A stretch of DNA of 63,133 bases, filler included, from Intoshia linei (taxonomy: Eukaryota; Animalia; Orthonectida), in assembly GCA_001642005.1 (NCBI GenBank). It is 6 parts of 6 records of this genome, joined end to end, with 100 filler letters (N's around TTAATTAATTAA, not from the genome) between each part and the next. Parts side by side here need not be neighbours in the genome. Positions count along the whole stretch, not along the records: positions 44,176 to 58,413 come from LWCA01000975.1; positions 58,514 to 59,817 come from LWCA01002680.1; positions 59,918 to 61,446 come from LWCA01002583.1; positions 61,547 to 63,133 come from LWCA01002690.1; 2 more parts are not named here. One strand, given 5' to 3'. A program made the translations under genes and the position numbers. Numbering within the stretch: position 1 is the first letter of the stretch; each line of letters begins with the position of its first letter. Positions 51,001 to 63,133 of this stretch are shown here, in pieces. The notes beneath the pieces were generated by a model that saw only the letters and a list, made by a program, of their open reading frames with translations, made no database searches and had not been told where the DNA came from.

Positions 51001-54000
51001 TGGAATTTTGCCTAAAGTGTTGGTAGAACTGATTTTTTCATTTTAGGGTTGGTAAATTTTAATTTTTAGTAAAAATAGTTAGATTTAAGTAGACACCCTT
51101 TAAATATTGCATCTGTCAAATGAAACCTTTTGTTTAAGATTCTTAGCAATTTTTAAACGTGCGTTGATAGAACTTTCTTTTGATAATATAGCTTTCTCCC
51201 TTGATAATTTAGTATCAATTTTAGTAAGTAAACGCTTTTGAGCATTTTTCTTTCTATTCATCATTTCCAAATCTCTAATATACACTTGATATTGCTGATC
51301 AGAAAACGACCCTAAAGTAATTATAATTAATTAACAATTACATATTAAAAATATCTTTTCATCAAGTTACCTCTTTTTAATTTATCCAATCTAAATAATG
51401 TATATTTCTAAATTTTATCGGGAAAATTACTCTTTATAAATTTCATTTTCTTTTCGTCGATAACAATAACCTTCTCGTAATATTGCTCCAACATTCATTC
51501 TGACATTTATTTCACTCTATATATAAAATTAATCATTTTAATAAATTTATTTAAATAAATAAATAATTTTATACTTGTTTTAAACGTTTTTTTAATATTT
51601 TGGATGGTTTATTAAAATCACATTCTTTATTTTTTTCTTGGATTATTTCAAACATGTTTTGTAAAGTTTTATCGGATTTTGAAGTATTTGCACAAGAGTA
51701 GGCATTTTTATTTGCTTCTTGTAGTATTTTCTAATTATTAGGTTGTATATAATAAATAAAATTTATTGATATTTTAATAATATTGGTAAAATAAATGTTT
51801 GATAGTGTTATAAATTATCACATCATAGAGATTTCTACCCAGGGTTGCCCACTGCGTTATTTTCCTCCTGAGAATTCGGGTTTTCTAATTCAACTCAGGG
51901 CTCAGGGTTAAGTGATATTTCTCAGGGTAATTTAATTATTTCAATCAAAATCATCATATCAGACATATTTTATTTATATTCTATAATTTTTTCTCTATTG
52001 TATGGTAATTATCAAAAATAATTGATTTTGATCTTGTCTTTTGTGTTGTGTCATTTGTTTTTTTTGTTTAAAGTATTCATCATGAAGTCCTTTTGAAATT
52101 TGCAATAAAAATTGTGTGTAAACTGTTATTATTTTTTGAAAAAGAGACCCCCAAGTAAAAGAGGGCCCACAAAAAATTTCACACTTTGCTACGCTTCAGC
52201 CATGCTTCATTCAGCTTCGTTTAAAACTCCGGGTTAAGAATAATTAATGTTGGCAACCATGGATCTACCCCCTTCAGCTATTATTGGTTTATACTATGTC
52301 ATTTTATATTTGAAATCATATAATATCTTTCATTTTTGGTTTAACAATTTATACAAAAAATAATATAACTACCATTGCTTCCTGTTTATTAATATCACTT
52401 GCAATTTTTAAGTTTGATTTTATTCTAGATTTTTCGTAAGTTGATTTTGGTACTGTTTTATGTATTATTGGTGTGTTTACCTAAATAAAAATATATTTTA
52501 TAGTCTTTACATAGTCATAGTTAATATATTATTAATTATCGATTAGGTATTAAACTATCTCCAACAGGGGAGTAATACATTTACCACCAAGGACTTCAAC
52601 TGGACCTATATATTATGGTTAATTTTTGGGATTTTTTTTATAATTTTAAAACCTTCTAACTATTAATACATACTGTACTATTCTATTCAGCTGGTATTTT
52701 AATATTATAAGCATATTTCTAATAATTGCCATGAATTTATTATTTACTATTATTTGATAGTGTATTTTGTAATAATCATAATAAATAATTATTTAAATTA
52801 TATTAATTTGCAATTTAAAATTACTTTACGGATAATAGATAAACAGAAAAAATTACATATTCTGGAACGGAAATTTTTTTATTTTTTTTTTTAGACAAGT
52901 TGAATTCTCGAGTTTCTATACAATATTGTAAAAATTGTTGTTCAAGTTAAATGAGTGCTTCTCAACATTTTTCAAATAATAATAAAATAAAAACAATTTT
53001 CACTGAAAATTTGAATTGTTTCATTTTCACATTTTTAGTATTTTATTATTAACTAACTTGACATTTATGTACTCCGTATAAACATCAGTTAGTTATGATT
53101 GCTAATATAGTTAGTCCCAAAATATGTTTTTTTAAATTCTAAGACTTTTGATTTTTAAAAAAAGGGTAATTTTGGGGTTGACCATGAAGATGTAAGTTTC
53201 TGAATCTGAAACTGAGATTTACCATAATGTTAATGACTGTAAAACTCTCCAAGGATATATTATATTTAAGTGTTAGGGCTTATTTTATTTTTTCAAAAAA
53301 GGGAAATTGGGTTTTTGTCTGAAGGATTCCATTTCTGAAAAAAATCAAACATCAAAACTTTTTGCTACAAAACATCATTATCGGAAAATAGTATTAGAAA
53401 TTAGTGAATAAGTAAACGCGTCACAGAATACTTGTTTTTTTAAATTTTATAACTTTTAATTTTATATAGTTAGAATTTATTACGTATTTGAATGATGCAG
53501 AGAAATAAAAATCTGAGAAGCACTATTAAACGTCAAAACCGTGTTTCCAAACCACTTTTGTGTCATTTTTCATTTTTTGTAGCAATTTTAAAATTAAATT
53601 AATAATTCTCAATTTAATTTTAAAGTGACGTTATTATATGTGTAATACATATACACAATGTGTATGTCTTCAGTTTTTTAATTTTCTCATCACTCTATAA
53701 ATAATCATTAAAAATAACTCATTAATAAAGCTAATTTTCCCACCTGTCGTCAATATTTTCCAGGTTGGGAAACACTGCTTTGAATTGAAACTATTTATTA
53801 TAGTCCAGTAACTGGACTCTTGTTTACATATGTTACATACAATGTTAAAATAAGATACTTAAAAGATTACTAGTTGGATTTTTTGAAACAACTTTATGAG
53901 TTTTTCTATTTATCTTAACATTTTTTATATACTTTAATAAATTTTCAATTAATTGAGTTTTACTAAAAAAATATAGAATAAAAATACATACATGTATATA

Positions 54001-54180
54001 AAAATGTATAACATTATTGTTATAATCTTCAAAATTCTTAACTAATTTTTAAGATATAGTATATTACTTTTCTATTGGTTTAATAAAAGATTTATCAATG
54101 AAATCTGTGTCATAATATTGACTCCAATGTTTTCGAAAATACATGTATATTCGTTCCACGTTGAAACAAAACATAATCAA
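48006..54180 (-). CDS. CFAP99: Cilia- and flagella-associated protein 99-like, many short exons, 5' end unresolved
   Basis: Exons encode 'FCFNVERIYMYFRKHWSQYYDTDFIDKSFIKPI', 'KTVPKSTY', 'VRMNVGAILREGYCYRRKENE', 'TKLSREKAILSK' and 'QIDLSSDAGYGILDEMSISE'. These are collinear with recalled CFAP99 motifs (VKLN.AAILREGALYQ, GKLSHEEA.LAR, VDLT..PGYGL..EMS..EL). Stop at 48006-48008. Confidence 0.75.
50067..51098. mobile_element. Foldback/Mutator-type element with modular inverted arms
   Basis: Exact 9-bp TSD TTTAAATAT (50058-50066 and 51099-51107). Left arm has ~29-bp subrepeats with 'ttaccaacc'; right arm has 'ggttggtaaaactg'. Confidence 0.75.
50368..50902. mobile_element. hAT-type MITE nested in the Foldback element
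   Basis: CAAAGCCGTTTTAAG...CTTAAGACGGCTCTG ends. 8-bp TSD gttgataa/gttggtaa. Confidence 0.75.
51840..52261. mobile_element. hAT-type MITE
   Basis: CAGGGTTGCC...GGCAACCATG ends. Imperfect 8-bp TSD tttctacc/gatctacc. Confidence 0.65.
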
Positions 54181-54222
54181 CTAAATACATACAACATAAA
54201 ATATATATTAAACTATAAATTA

Positions 54223-55364
54223 TCCTTACTTATATAATATGCGATGCAATATTTGTTTGTGTGTTTGTTACTGTTTATTTCAATAATTCCAAGTCTCAGA
54301 ATTTTATAAAGTCAACATTTCAATTACAGTTTTTTCCGGAGGTGTTAACAAAATAAATCTCAACCTCCCAAACTCAAATCTTACGGGTCAAATACCCAAT
54401 TGTCCTTTTTTTGAAAATCAAACATTTTGGAAAGTTTAAAAAAATATATACTGATACGGATTTTAAAATCATAAATATTATCATAAATTTAAATTTAAAA
54501 AAATGTATCTTCAGTACCAAAAACCCAAATTACCCTTTTTTTATGAAAACAGCCCTAGAATTTAAGAAAATTTACAGGTGGTACAATTGTATCCTGTTAA
54601 CACACACAAAAAATTTCAATTTGAATAAGTGACGATTTCACGATCAAAAAAGCATTTTAGTATTCATATATTTTTTTCCGAAATATTTTATTAACAAAAA
54701 CAAAAAATGTGAAATAATTAACGGTCCGCGTTAAATTAAAAAAAGCGATTATTCTGATAGAGTTTATTCCAGTTGATATAAATATAAAATTTCAACTTCA
54801 GAAATCTACACATTCCCGGTGAAAAATAATTTTTAATATATTATCAACCAATATTGTTCAAATATTTCCATTAAAATAAAAATTGAAAATGTAAATATTG
54901 ATCCTACAATTTGAAAAAAAAATGTGCATTGAACATGTACACATTTCCAATAGAGAAATATGGGGGAAAATCTATATAATTCATTCCTTCGGAATTTTTT
55001 TCATTGCTACGCAATTTTCATTTTCAAAAAATTTTGTAAATTTTAATTTAATTATGACACTACAGCAACGTATTTATAAAATTAAATTTATACTAACTTA
55101 AAACGTTATTTTTTTACTCATTTTTGAAATTTAAAATATAATGCCAAAAAGAAAAGCAACATTCACAAGAAAAAAAAAGGAAAATTTTCAGTAGAATTAT
55201 ATGAAGTTATGATCTACAATAATATATTTTTGTAGCCTTACTTTAATGGGTTCGTAAAAGTGATTTGAACCATAGTAGATTTAATTTTTAATGCTAAAAT
55301 TAGATATATCCGCTTTCGTCAGAGCTAGGTGATGTTTGTACAAAGTACAAACCAGCCAAGCTAG
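54223..55364 (+). mobile_element. Full-length non-autonomous Helitron (~1.14 kb)
   Basis: Inserted between A and T. The 5' end is TCCTTACTTATATAATATGCG followed by a GTTT/GT microsatellite. The 3' end has a hairpin (TTTGTAC-AAA-GTACAAA) shortly before the terminal CTAG. No TSD. Confidence 0.75.
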
Positions 55365-55624
55365 TATTATATAATAATATATATAAGTTAGGATATAATG
55401 ATAAATTTTTGTTAAGACCATGCAAAAGAATTTGACCATGAAGACGAAATGTGTATGGAACTTGTGAACGAAGAAAAAAATTAATATAACTGAATACATT
55501 GATAAAATAATATTTTCAAGTTAAAGTTTAACTTAATTTAAGTCTTAAACGCAAATCGCAGTATTTTCCAAAAAGTCGACATGTATACCGATAATCACTT
55601 TAGATAATATATTATGAACAAAAA

Positions 55625-56664
55625 TTAATGTAAATGTTTATTAGTTTGATGCTTTTCACCATGTTGTACATGTTTATCAATATTCTGTATATATGCCACA
55701 GTAACTACTACATTTTTGTCACCTGTTTCAATCGTCTGCATCACATAAAATGGATCCTTAATGTGCATTTTCTTGAAGCCATCATATTGTACATCTTTAT
55801 ATTCACCATACACATATCTACGTGTATCAGATATTTTTAAGAATACTGAACTCAACAAATTGTAATTATCACAGAAACTGGTCAATATATCAAAAAACTT
55901 TAAAGAACTTACATTTGAATAAAATTTAGACCAATCAAAATCCTTTACATTCCGTGAAACATTAACATCGTATTGTGGTATAATTAAATCAACCTTTGTC
56001 TTCTCAGCCATCATAATTTCACTCAGTACTTTTTAATTGTTGAAATGATACTCATTTAATGGATATATTAAATACAGTTTAATACCTTTACCACAATTTA
56101 TTTTAACAATTTTCACTGAAGGTGTTTCTACATACTGATATTCTCCTTTCATTCGAATTGCTTTTATCAATTTTTTTCTAAACGGTACCATTATTCTGTT
56201 AATATTAAATATTTAAAATTGAATTGACACTTTAGTGTATGTATCAAAAGTAGGGTTTCCATTTAGATCCTGTAATAAACATTTTGTCATTAGTCCATTC
56301 TAAATGACTATACCATATTTTTTAATTTTGCTTGTCACTTCTTTATGGTCTTCAAAAGCAAACCTATTTATAGTATAGTTTGTTTTCAATTGTAAAAGAT
56401 TATAACTATTATGACTTGATTCTTTAAAGTCTATATACTGTTCGTAAATTCTTTTAACCTCGTTCGTTGCCCCTGAATATAATGCTTGCGTCACTTTTAA
56501 GTATGTACTGGGCGGAAATCCAACATTTTGATTCGGATATTTGATTTTAAGAAACTGCAATTGTTTATCCATAAACTTGGTCCATATTCATTTGAATTAA
56601 CTCTTGTTTCAAAAATCCCAGTTGTACATGATATGCACAAAATTAATATAAAAGTTAAACCCAT
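55625..56664 (-). pseudogene. Disrupted intronless gene for an unknown secreted protein
   Basis: Signal-like start 'MGLTFILILCISCTTG' at 56664 is out of frame with ORF 56572-56300. Coding-like sequence continues through in-frame stops to ORF 56014-55625. Confidence 0.4.
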
Positions 56665-59169
56665 CCTTGTATAAATTATTTTAGAATGAGAATATAAAAT
56701 ATATTAAATTCAATATTTGCCCATACTAAATATTCAAAAAATTTAGGAATGAGAAAATTATACAAATAATATAAATTCAATTCTAAATTCTTACTTATAT
56801 GATACAGTGCCGGTAAAAAGTCTCGAACCCCCAACAGAAAGATACATTTTGTTATATAGCACAAAAACTAATCATGTTTTTTATAAAATTTTAAAAACAC
56901 CAATATAAGGAGGAGTAGATGTAATAGTTTACTTAATTATGAAATATAATAATAATTATTAATTGTATTAAATTTCTATTAAAGAATTATAACCAATAAT
57001 TTTTGTCACAAAAGTCTTAGACCCCCTGAAATATTTTAATTTTTTGGTCGTTATAATCATTTTTGAAAACTTTAAAAAATTAATTGTTTAATATTTAGTA
57101 TGCAGTCCTTTAGAAGTAACAATGGACTTGATTCTTGGTAACACACACAAACAAATATTGCATATCATATTATATAAGTAGGATCTAGAATCTAGATTCT
57201 CGTAGTCGTTCAAATACAAAACTTGCATTAACCAATAATTATAATTTTAAATCTAACAGAACATAACAGAATTGTTAATTAAAATCAAGGTTCGTGTACT
57301 AATTTTAAAACTAATCAAACTTTAAATATATTCATTATATTATAATGAAAATTTATACTTACATAATTATATTATACATGTAAGTAATGTAATTATATTT
57401 GTTTGATTTCATGTGGATTACAACTTACAATTCACAACTGGTGAACAGCGTTTTTCAGTTTATAGCAAATTTTAATTTAATTTTCAATTTTTTACACATT
57501 ACACTGTAATGATTATAGTAAGATGCAATATATACATTTATTATAAAACTAATTGTGACAAAATATCTTTTACTTATATAAAATTGAATTGTCTATGTGT
57601 CTATCTGTTACCATTTATTTAAAAAATTAACAATGCTAAAATTTAAAAAACCCAACTTCAAATATAGTTTTTCACAGATGATGTCTTTATCTATGTTTCA
57701 TTTACCGAAATTGATTCATTCAAGATCAAAAAACCATTTGCCCTTTTTTTAAATTCAAACGAATCCTAAAATTATAACAAATATACAATCTGAGAAAGAT
57801 TTAAAAATAATTAAGGTTATAATAAATTTCAAAATCTTACATATTCATGATTAAAAACACAAATTACTCTTTGTTTTAAAAATGAAACATGTCTTAAAAT
57901 TTTTTAAATTATACATTCTCTGATAGTTTTTAAAATTAAAAGTATTATCATAAATGGCAACCTCTAAAAAGATCATTTTCACAATCAAAAACACAGATTA
58001 ACTTATTTTTAATAATGAAAACGGCTCTAAAATTTTAAAAAAAATTACGGATGATACAGTTATATCCAGTTAACACACAAAAAAATATCAATCTGACAAA
58101 CTGACACCTCTACGGTCAACAAATCGCTTTGGTATTCATTTTTTTTATCTCAAAACTATTTTATTAAAACAAAAAATTGGAAATAATGAACGGTCCTACA
58201 ATTAAAAACACAGATTATTTTAATACATCTTATTCCAGTTGATATAAATACAAAGTTTCAACCTCAGAAATCTTCGCATTCCCAGTGAAAAATAATTTCT
58301 AATATACATCAACATCATGTATTATCAACCAATATTTTTCAAATATTTCGATTAACATGTAAAATTTAAATTAAAACTACAACAACGAATTACTAAAAGT
58401 AATACAACTTTGTNNNNNNNNNNNNNNNNNNNNNNNNNNNNNNNNNNNNNNNNNNNNTTAATTAATTAANNNNNNNNNNNNNNNNNNNNNNNNNNNNNNN
58501 NNNNNNNNNNNNNTATTCTTTATATAATACATATGAATTATGAATTAACATGTGTATAATATAAATAGAAAATTTAACTGTCCATTTTTTATTTCGATGT
58601 TCAGAAAAATATGACTTTAACTTTGACTATATGATTATATGACTTTTTGTTTTAATAAAATAGTTCGGAAAAAAAATATATGAATACTAAAATGCTTTTT
58701 TGACCGCATTCCACACATTCCACATTTTGTTCGTTATAGGCCAGTGGTTCCCGATTTAAATAGTTCACGGACCCCTATTTCAAAATATTTATTTTTTTGG
58801 ACCCAAAGGAAACATGAAATATAAAACATTTATAAAAAATTAAAGGTTTTATTTCATAGTGTTTGATAAAAATGGGTTTTTCATAAAAATATTGGAAAAA
58901 GTGTATTTTTATTTTGGTTTAGTAAGTTACTTCTCAATGTACCAATACATAATGTTATCCCAGTTTTATCAATTTTTAGAATCTTCATTAAAGAGTACAT
59001 TGTATTTTGTAAGTAATAATCTTGTTAATTTGTATTAATGTAACGGTGGAATCGCCAATATGCATATGCTAATTCACATAATAATAAATATAACACATGT
59101 ATTATGATATTTGTCCGAGTGATTTCATTTGTTGTGTTTTAAATTTTTTATTATAGCTAGAAATTTATA

Positions 59170-59530
59170 ATGTTTTACAAAAAGTATAGATATGCAAAAT
59201 TACGAAGTTTAACCGATGAATTTCAAATAATGATTATTGGTTTAATTATAATTGTCAGGTTTTATTTATTTTTTATTCACATAGGTCATGATGATTCCGG
59301 AAAATCTTCATTTTTAACGAGAATACGAAAAAATGCTTTTAATGATGAAAAATCAAATATTGGTTGTATTATTATATTGCTATATATTAATCCTTTAGCA
59401 TTATACACCAAAAAAATGTATAAAGATGCGGATTTGAAAAATGTTTCAACTCTTTCATTAGTTAAAGTTGCTTCTTCAGCTACAGCATATCAAAAAAAAA
59501 TTCAATACATACACTCACATGGTGCTATTG
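59170..59530 (+). CDS. Atypical Ras-superfamily (Rab-like) small GTPase, 3'-partial
   Basis: After removing two short in-frame introns: 'FQIMIIG|HDDSGKSSFLTRIRKNAFNDEKSNI|..LSLVKVASS..YIHSHGAI'. P-loop GxxxxGKS is present. The remainder is lost at the gap. Confidence 0.65.
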
Positions 59531-60286
59531 GTATACCCTTGAACGTTACATAAAATTTAAATACATTAAAGCAGCCATTCTCAACGGGATCCATGAAATT
59601 TATTACATATTATAGACATTTTCAGTAACATAGAGTCGTTTTTAAAACGTAAAAGCTCAGAAATAATAATATAAAACAGAGATGGGCAACTTTCTGTGAT
59701 AGCGGGCCGGATTGTTATATAAAATAGATGAGTGGGCCGGACAAATAAATTTTAAAATTTTTAGTTTGAATATATTTATTTTAAATTTTTATTATACAAA
59801 ATAAAATTTACAGTTTTNNNNNNNNNNNNNNNNNNNNNNNNNNNNNNNNNNNNNNNNNNNNTTAATTAATTAANNNNNNNNNNNNNNNNNNNNNNNNNNN
59901 NNNNNNNNNNNNNNNNNAAAAAAAAATCGTTTTATTCCGTTATCGTTTCAAGAACATTAACTTCATTTTTTATGTTAAAAAAAAAAATTCTTACGCTACG
60001 CAGCAATATAATTCAAACTCAGGTGAATACTGATAATTCCCGCTCAATAATAATCAGTTTCGTTTCAGAAAATTAAAATAGTGTATACTGCAAATATTTT
60101 TTTGGAATTACGGTATTTCGTTTACTTTTACAAATTATTGTACTTCGATATCCCGGTTTGATTCACAATGTTCGCACTCTTAAAACTCACGTGCCCCTCA
60201 ACATTAATTGACTCTACTTCATCCGATTTACAGTACGGATTTTGTAATTTATGAGTATGTGGCAAATTTTTTTTGAAATTATTACT

Positions 60287-61446
60287 CTAATAATTAGACT
60301 TGTTAGGTACAGTTTTATCGTGGTTTCTCTTAACGCGTTGATTATGTATACCTCGTTTATGCAGAATCCCCTTTTTTGTACACAACTCCTTCTTTAATCT
60401 ACTGACCCAGTCAATTTGATACTCACATTTTGTATTTTTTTGTAGATGGGATATATCCATCTCTCGACCATAGACTATCTGCGATGGTGAATTTCCCGTT
60501 CCTTCTGAAATACAATTTCTCAATAATAATAAAATTGGTGGAATATGCACAATCCGTTTTATGATCGATGTTTCTCGCCCTCAGAAGATTCTTAATTGTC
60601 CTATTAGTCTTTTCTGCTAAACCAACCCCTTCATGATTGTAAGCTCTGGTAGAGATTGTTTTTTACCGCATAAATCACAGAATTCTTGAATCAGTTTTAA
60701 CTAAAAATTCTTTCCTCTATCAGTATGTGTTTGTTTTGGTACCCCGAATCGTACTACTATATTCTCAAATATAGCCTCTGCCGTGGTTAAAGCCCTAATA
60801 TCATGTACCGGGATAGCTTCAATCCATTTTGAATAATGGTCAATGCAAACCAATAAATATTGATTACCACGTTGTGATACTTCGAAAGGACTCGCGAAAT
60901 CTATCTGCCATAACTCGTTAAATCCATAACACTCCACTTATCTCAATGGTTTAACGTGTTTAGGTCTCCCGTCTTTTGCAGAACAGCAAGTTTCACACTG
61001 GTTCACTAACCTTGTTACATCTTTGGCCATTGATGTTCAATAGTACGACTTTTTTAATCAATCAGGCGTTTTTGTAATTCCCACATGTGATGCCCCTATT
61101 CCTGTATGAACGAGATTAATGACACTCTCAATTTTATTATTAACTACCAAAAGTTTATTTGTACCCTTTTTGGGTACGTCCCCTTAGTAATTTTTACCTT
61201 GTCCCTTATACTAAAGTACCGATTTGATTGCAATATTTTAGAATTCCCAGATCTCGCATATTTCCACAGTTGTTTACAATCTTGATCTTCGATTTGAGCT
61301 CTCTCAAACTGCATTGAATTCGTTGGATCCCAAATAGCAAATAACCTCGATAATGCATCTGCAGCAAAAATATCCGAGCCCTATCGATTGATAATCGTAA
61401 AGATCTAGTTTTTGCAGCCATCTCAACCTCCTCCCTTGACTATTCC
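60287..61446 (-). mobile_element. Ty3/Gypsy integrase remnant
   Basis: HHCC zinc-binding segment 'H..IGASHVGITKT...CETC' at ~61110-60985. Core reads 'WQIDFASPF..GNQYLLVCIDHYSKWIEAIP..RFGVPK..HTDRGKNF' and 'TGNSPSQIVYGR'. Stops and frameshifts are present. Confidence 0.9.
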
Positions 61447-61907
61447 NNNNNNNNNNNNNNNNNNNNNNNNNNNNNNNNNNNNNNNNNNNNTTAATTAATT
61501 AANNNNNNNNNNNNNNNNNNNNNNNNNNNNNNNNNNNNNNNNNNNNTGGTTCTTAAAGTTCAGACAAAACAATTATAACCTAGAAAATGTCCAACGTTCC
61601 ATTAGACCTAGTCAAGTAGATAAAGACAAAAAATCAAATCTTAAACATATCGGTCTATAATTGGATATTTCAACAAAATAACGCACTAATACACGTCTCC
61701 AAAATATATAAAAGTGTAAGGTGCCTAACACAATGTTTGAACTAGCAAAATCCAATGGGAAAAATTACCATATTAAAGATTCTCTTCATTAAAAATTTTT
61801 AATGAACCACATAGTTGGCCTTGATCATCCAGTTAAATTTCAGTTTGTAAAATTAAATATTTAATATTTGAACTAAATTATTATAAATAAATAAAATACT
61901 TATTAAC

Positions 61908-62895
61908 TGTTTTTATTTTTGTCCCTATTTAAGTGTCGCAATATAAATAGATTTATTTTAATTTTTCTTTATTTTTTTAATATTCGAATTAGTTTAGTAA
62001 TAAATAATTTTTCAATGATATTTATTCATCGCTAATTCACACATTCTATATCATTTTTGAGTTATTTTAACATTATAACAGTGTGATTATACATTTTTTT
62101 ATAATAACCCTCTACCTAAAGTCTAGCTAACCGTGTACATATATTTTTCAGTATTTGATTATAACTTTAAATTATCCAGTTGTGACACTTATTATTATTA
62201 TTATATATTTGTATACTATAATAATATATTATAATAATAGTATCTAAATCAAATTCAAAAATTTTGATTTGTTTAATGATGCCTGATAAAAATTAACGTA
62301 TAAACTCTCAGGTTTGTATTGTGTATAAAAATAAAAATTATATATTNTGTTTTTATTTTTGTCTTTATTTAAGTGTCGCCATATAAATAGACTTATTTTG
62401 ATTTTTCTTACTTTTTTTTATATTCGAATTAGCTTATTAATAAATAATTTTTCAATGATATTTATTAATCGCTAATTCACACTTTCTATATCATTTTTAT
62501 ATTATAAAAGTCTGCTAAATTACAGTTTATACCCTTAAAACCTGGTCATATTTAAGTGACGCGTATTGTAATTCATTTTTGAGTTATTTTAAACCTATAA
62601 AAGTGTGATTATACATTTTTTTAGAATAGCTCTCTACCTAAAGATTAGCTAACCATGCACATATAATTTTCGATATATACAATAATATTTTTCAGTATTT
62701 GATTATAACTTTAAATTATCTTGTTGTGACACTGACTAATATTATTATTATACATTTGTAAATTATAATAATATATTATAATAATAGTATCCAAATCAAA
62801 TTCAGAAATTTTGATTTGTTTAATGATGCCTGATAAAAATTAACGTATAAACTCTCAGGTTTGTATTGTGTATAAAAATAAAAATTATATATTTA
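61908..62895. repeat. Imperfect direct tandem duplication (~440 and ~550 bp units) joined at a single N (62347)
   Basis: 61908-62346 recurs at 62348-62895 with substitutions and insertions. Confidence 0.8.
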
Positions 62896-63133
62896 ATTAA
62901 AAAACTATAACAATTTAATAAATGTTCTTCTTTCGCTATGTTATTTACTTTGATTCGTCTAAAATATTTTATATTTAATATATTATAGTCTAATATTTGC
63001 TTTTTGAACTATAAATACTAATGTTCTAATATATTAAAAATAAGTAATATAATTACTATGTTAACTGTTATGCACTATGTACAAACAGCACCTAACTCTG
63101 CCAATAGCACATTTTAATTATACTTAAAAAATA

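Noticed and set aside
55625-56664. Stop-codon reassignment or readthrough
   Set aside because: The interruptions mix TAA, TAG, TGA and frameshifts, while conserved genes in the window use the standard code without internal stops.
31709-61546. TTAATTAATTAA palindrome repeated five times within N runs
   Set aside because: Artificial six-frame-stop linker from assembly processing, not biology.

Overview
Very AT-rich eukaryotic (animal) genomic scaffold, not prokaryotic. Genes are split by GT-AG introns that are either very short (about 33-45 nt) or long and filled with transposons. This architecture resembles compact parasite genomes such as the orthonectid Intoshia linei (inference only). Spliced genes read by hand: a degraded LCAT/PLA2G15-family lipase, a UPF1-like SF1B helicase with no visible N-terminal CH domain, the 5' two-thirds of WDR48/UAF1, an intronless mab-21, the 3' half of an HtrA protease-PDZ gene, a head-to-head pair (an orphan EGF/TM surface protein and an orphan secreted protein), a NALF/FAM155 (NALCN auxiliary factor) homolog, Acinus, a TMEM143-like gene, CFAP99 and an atypical small GTPase fragment. 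Mobile DNA includes a non-autonomous Helitron family (one full-length copy), pogo/Tigger, Tc1-type and hAT MITEs, a Foldback/MULE element, hAT transposase remnants and Ty3/Gypsy RT and integrase remnants. Five N-TTAATTAATTAA-N blocks are artificial spacers. Two single-N joins (17214, 22146) probably make the WDR48 | mab-21 | HtrA segment chimeric. The best leads are the CH-less UPF1 paralog, the NALF lacking its C-terminal anchor, the divergent mab-21 and the orphan surface/secreted gene pair. All homology calls rest on motifs recalled from memory; no database search was run.
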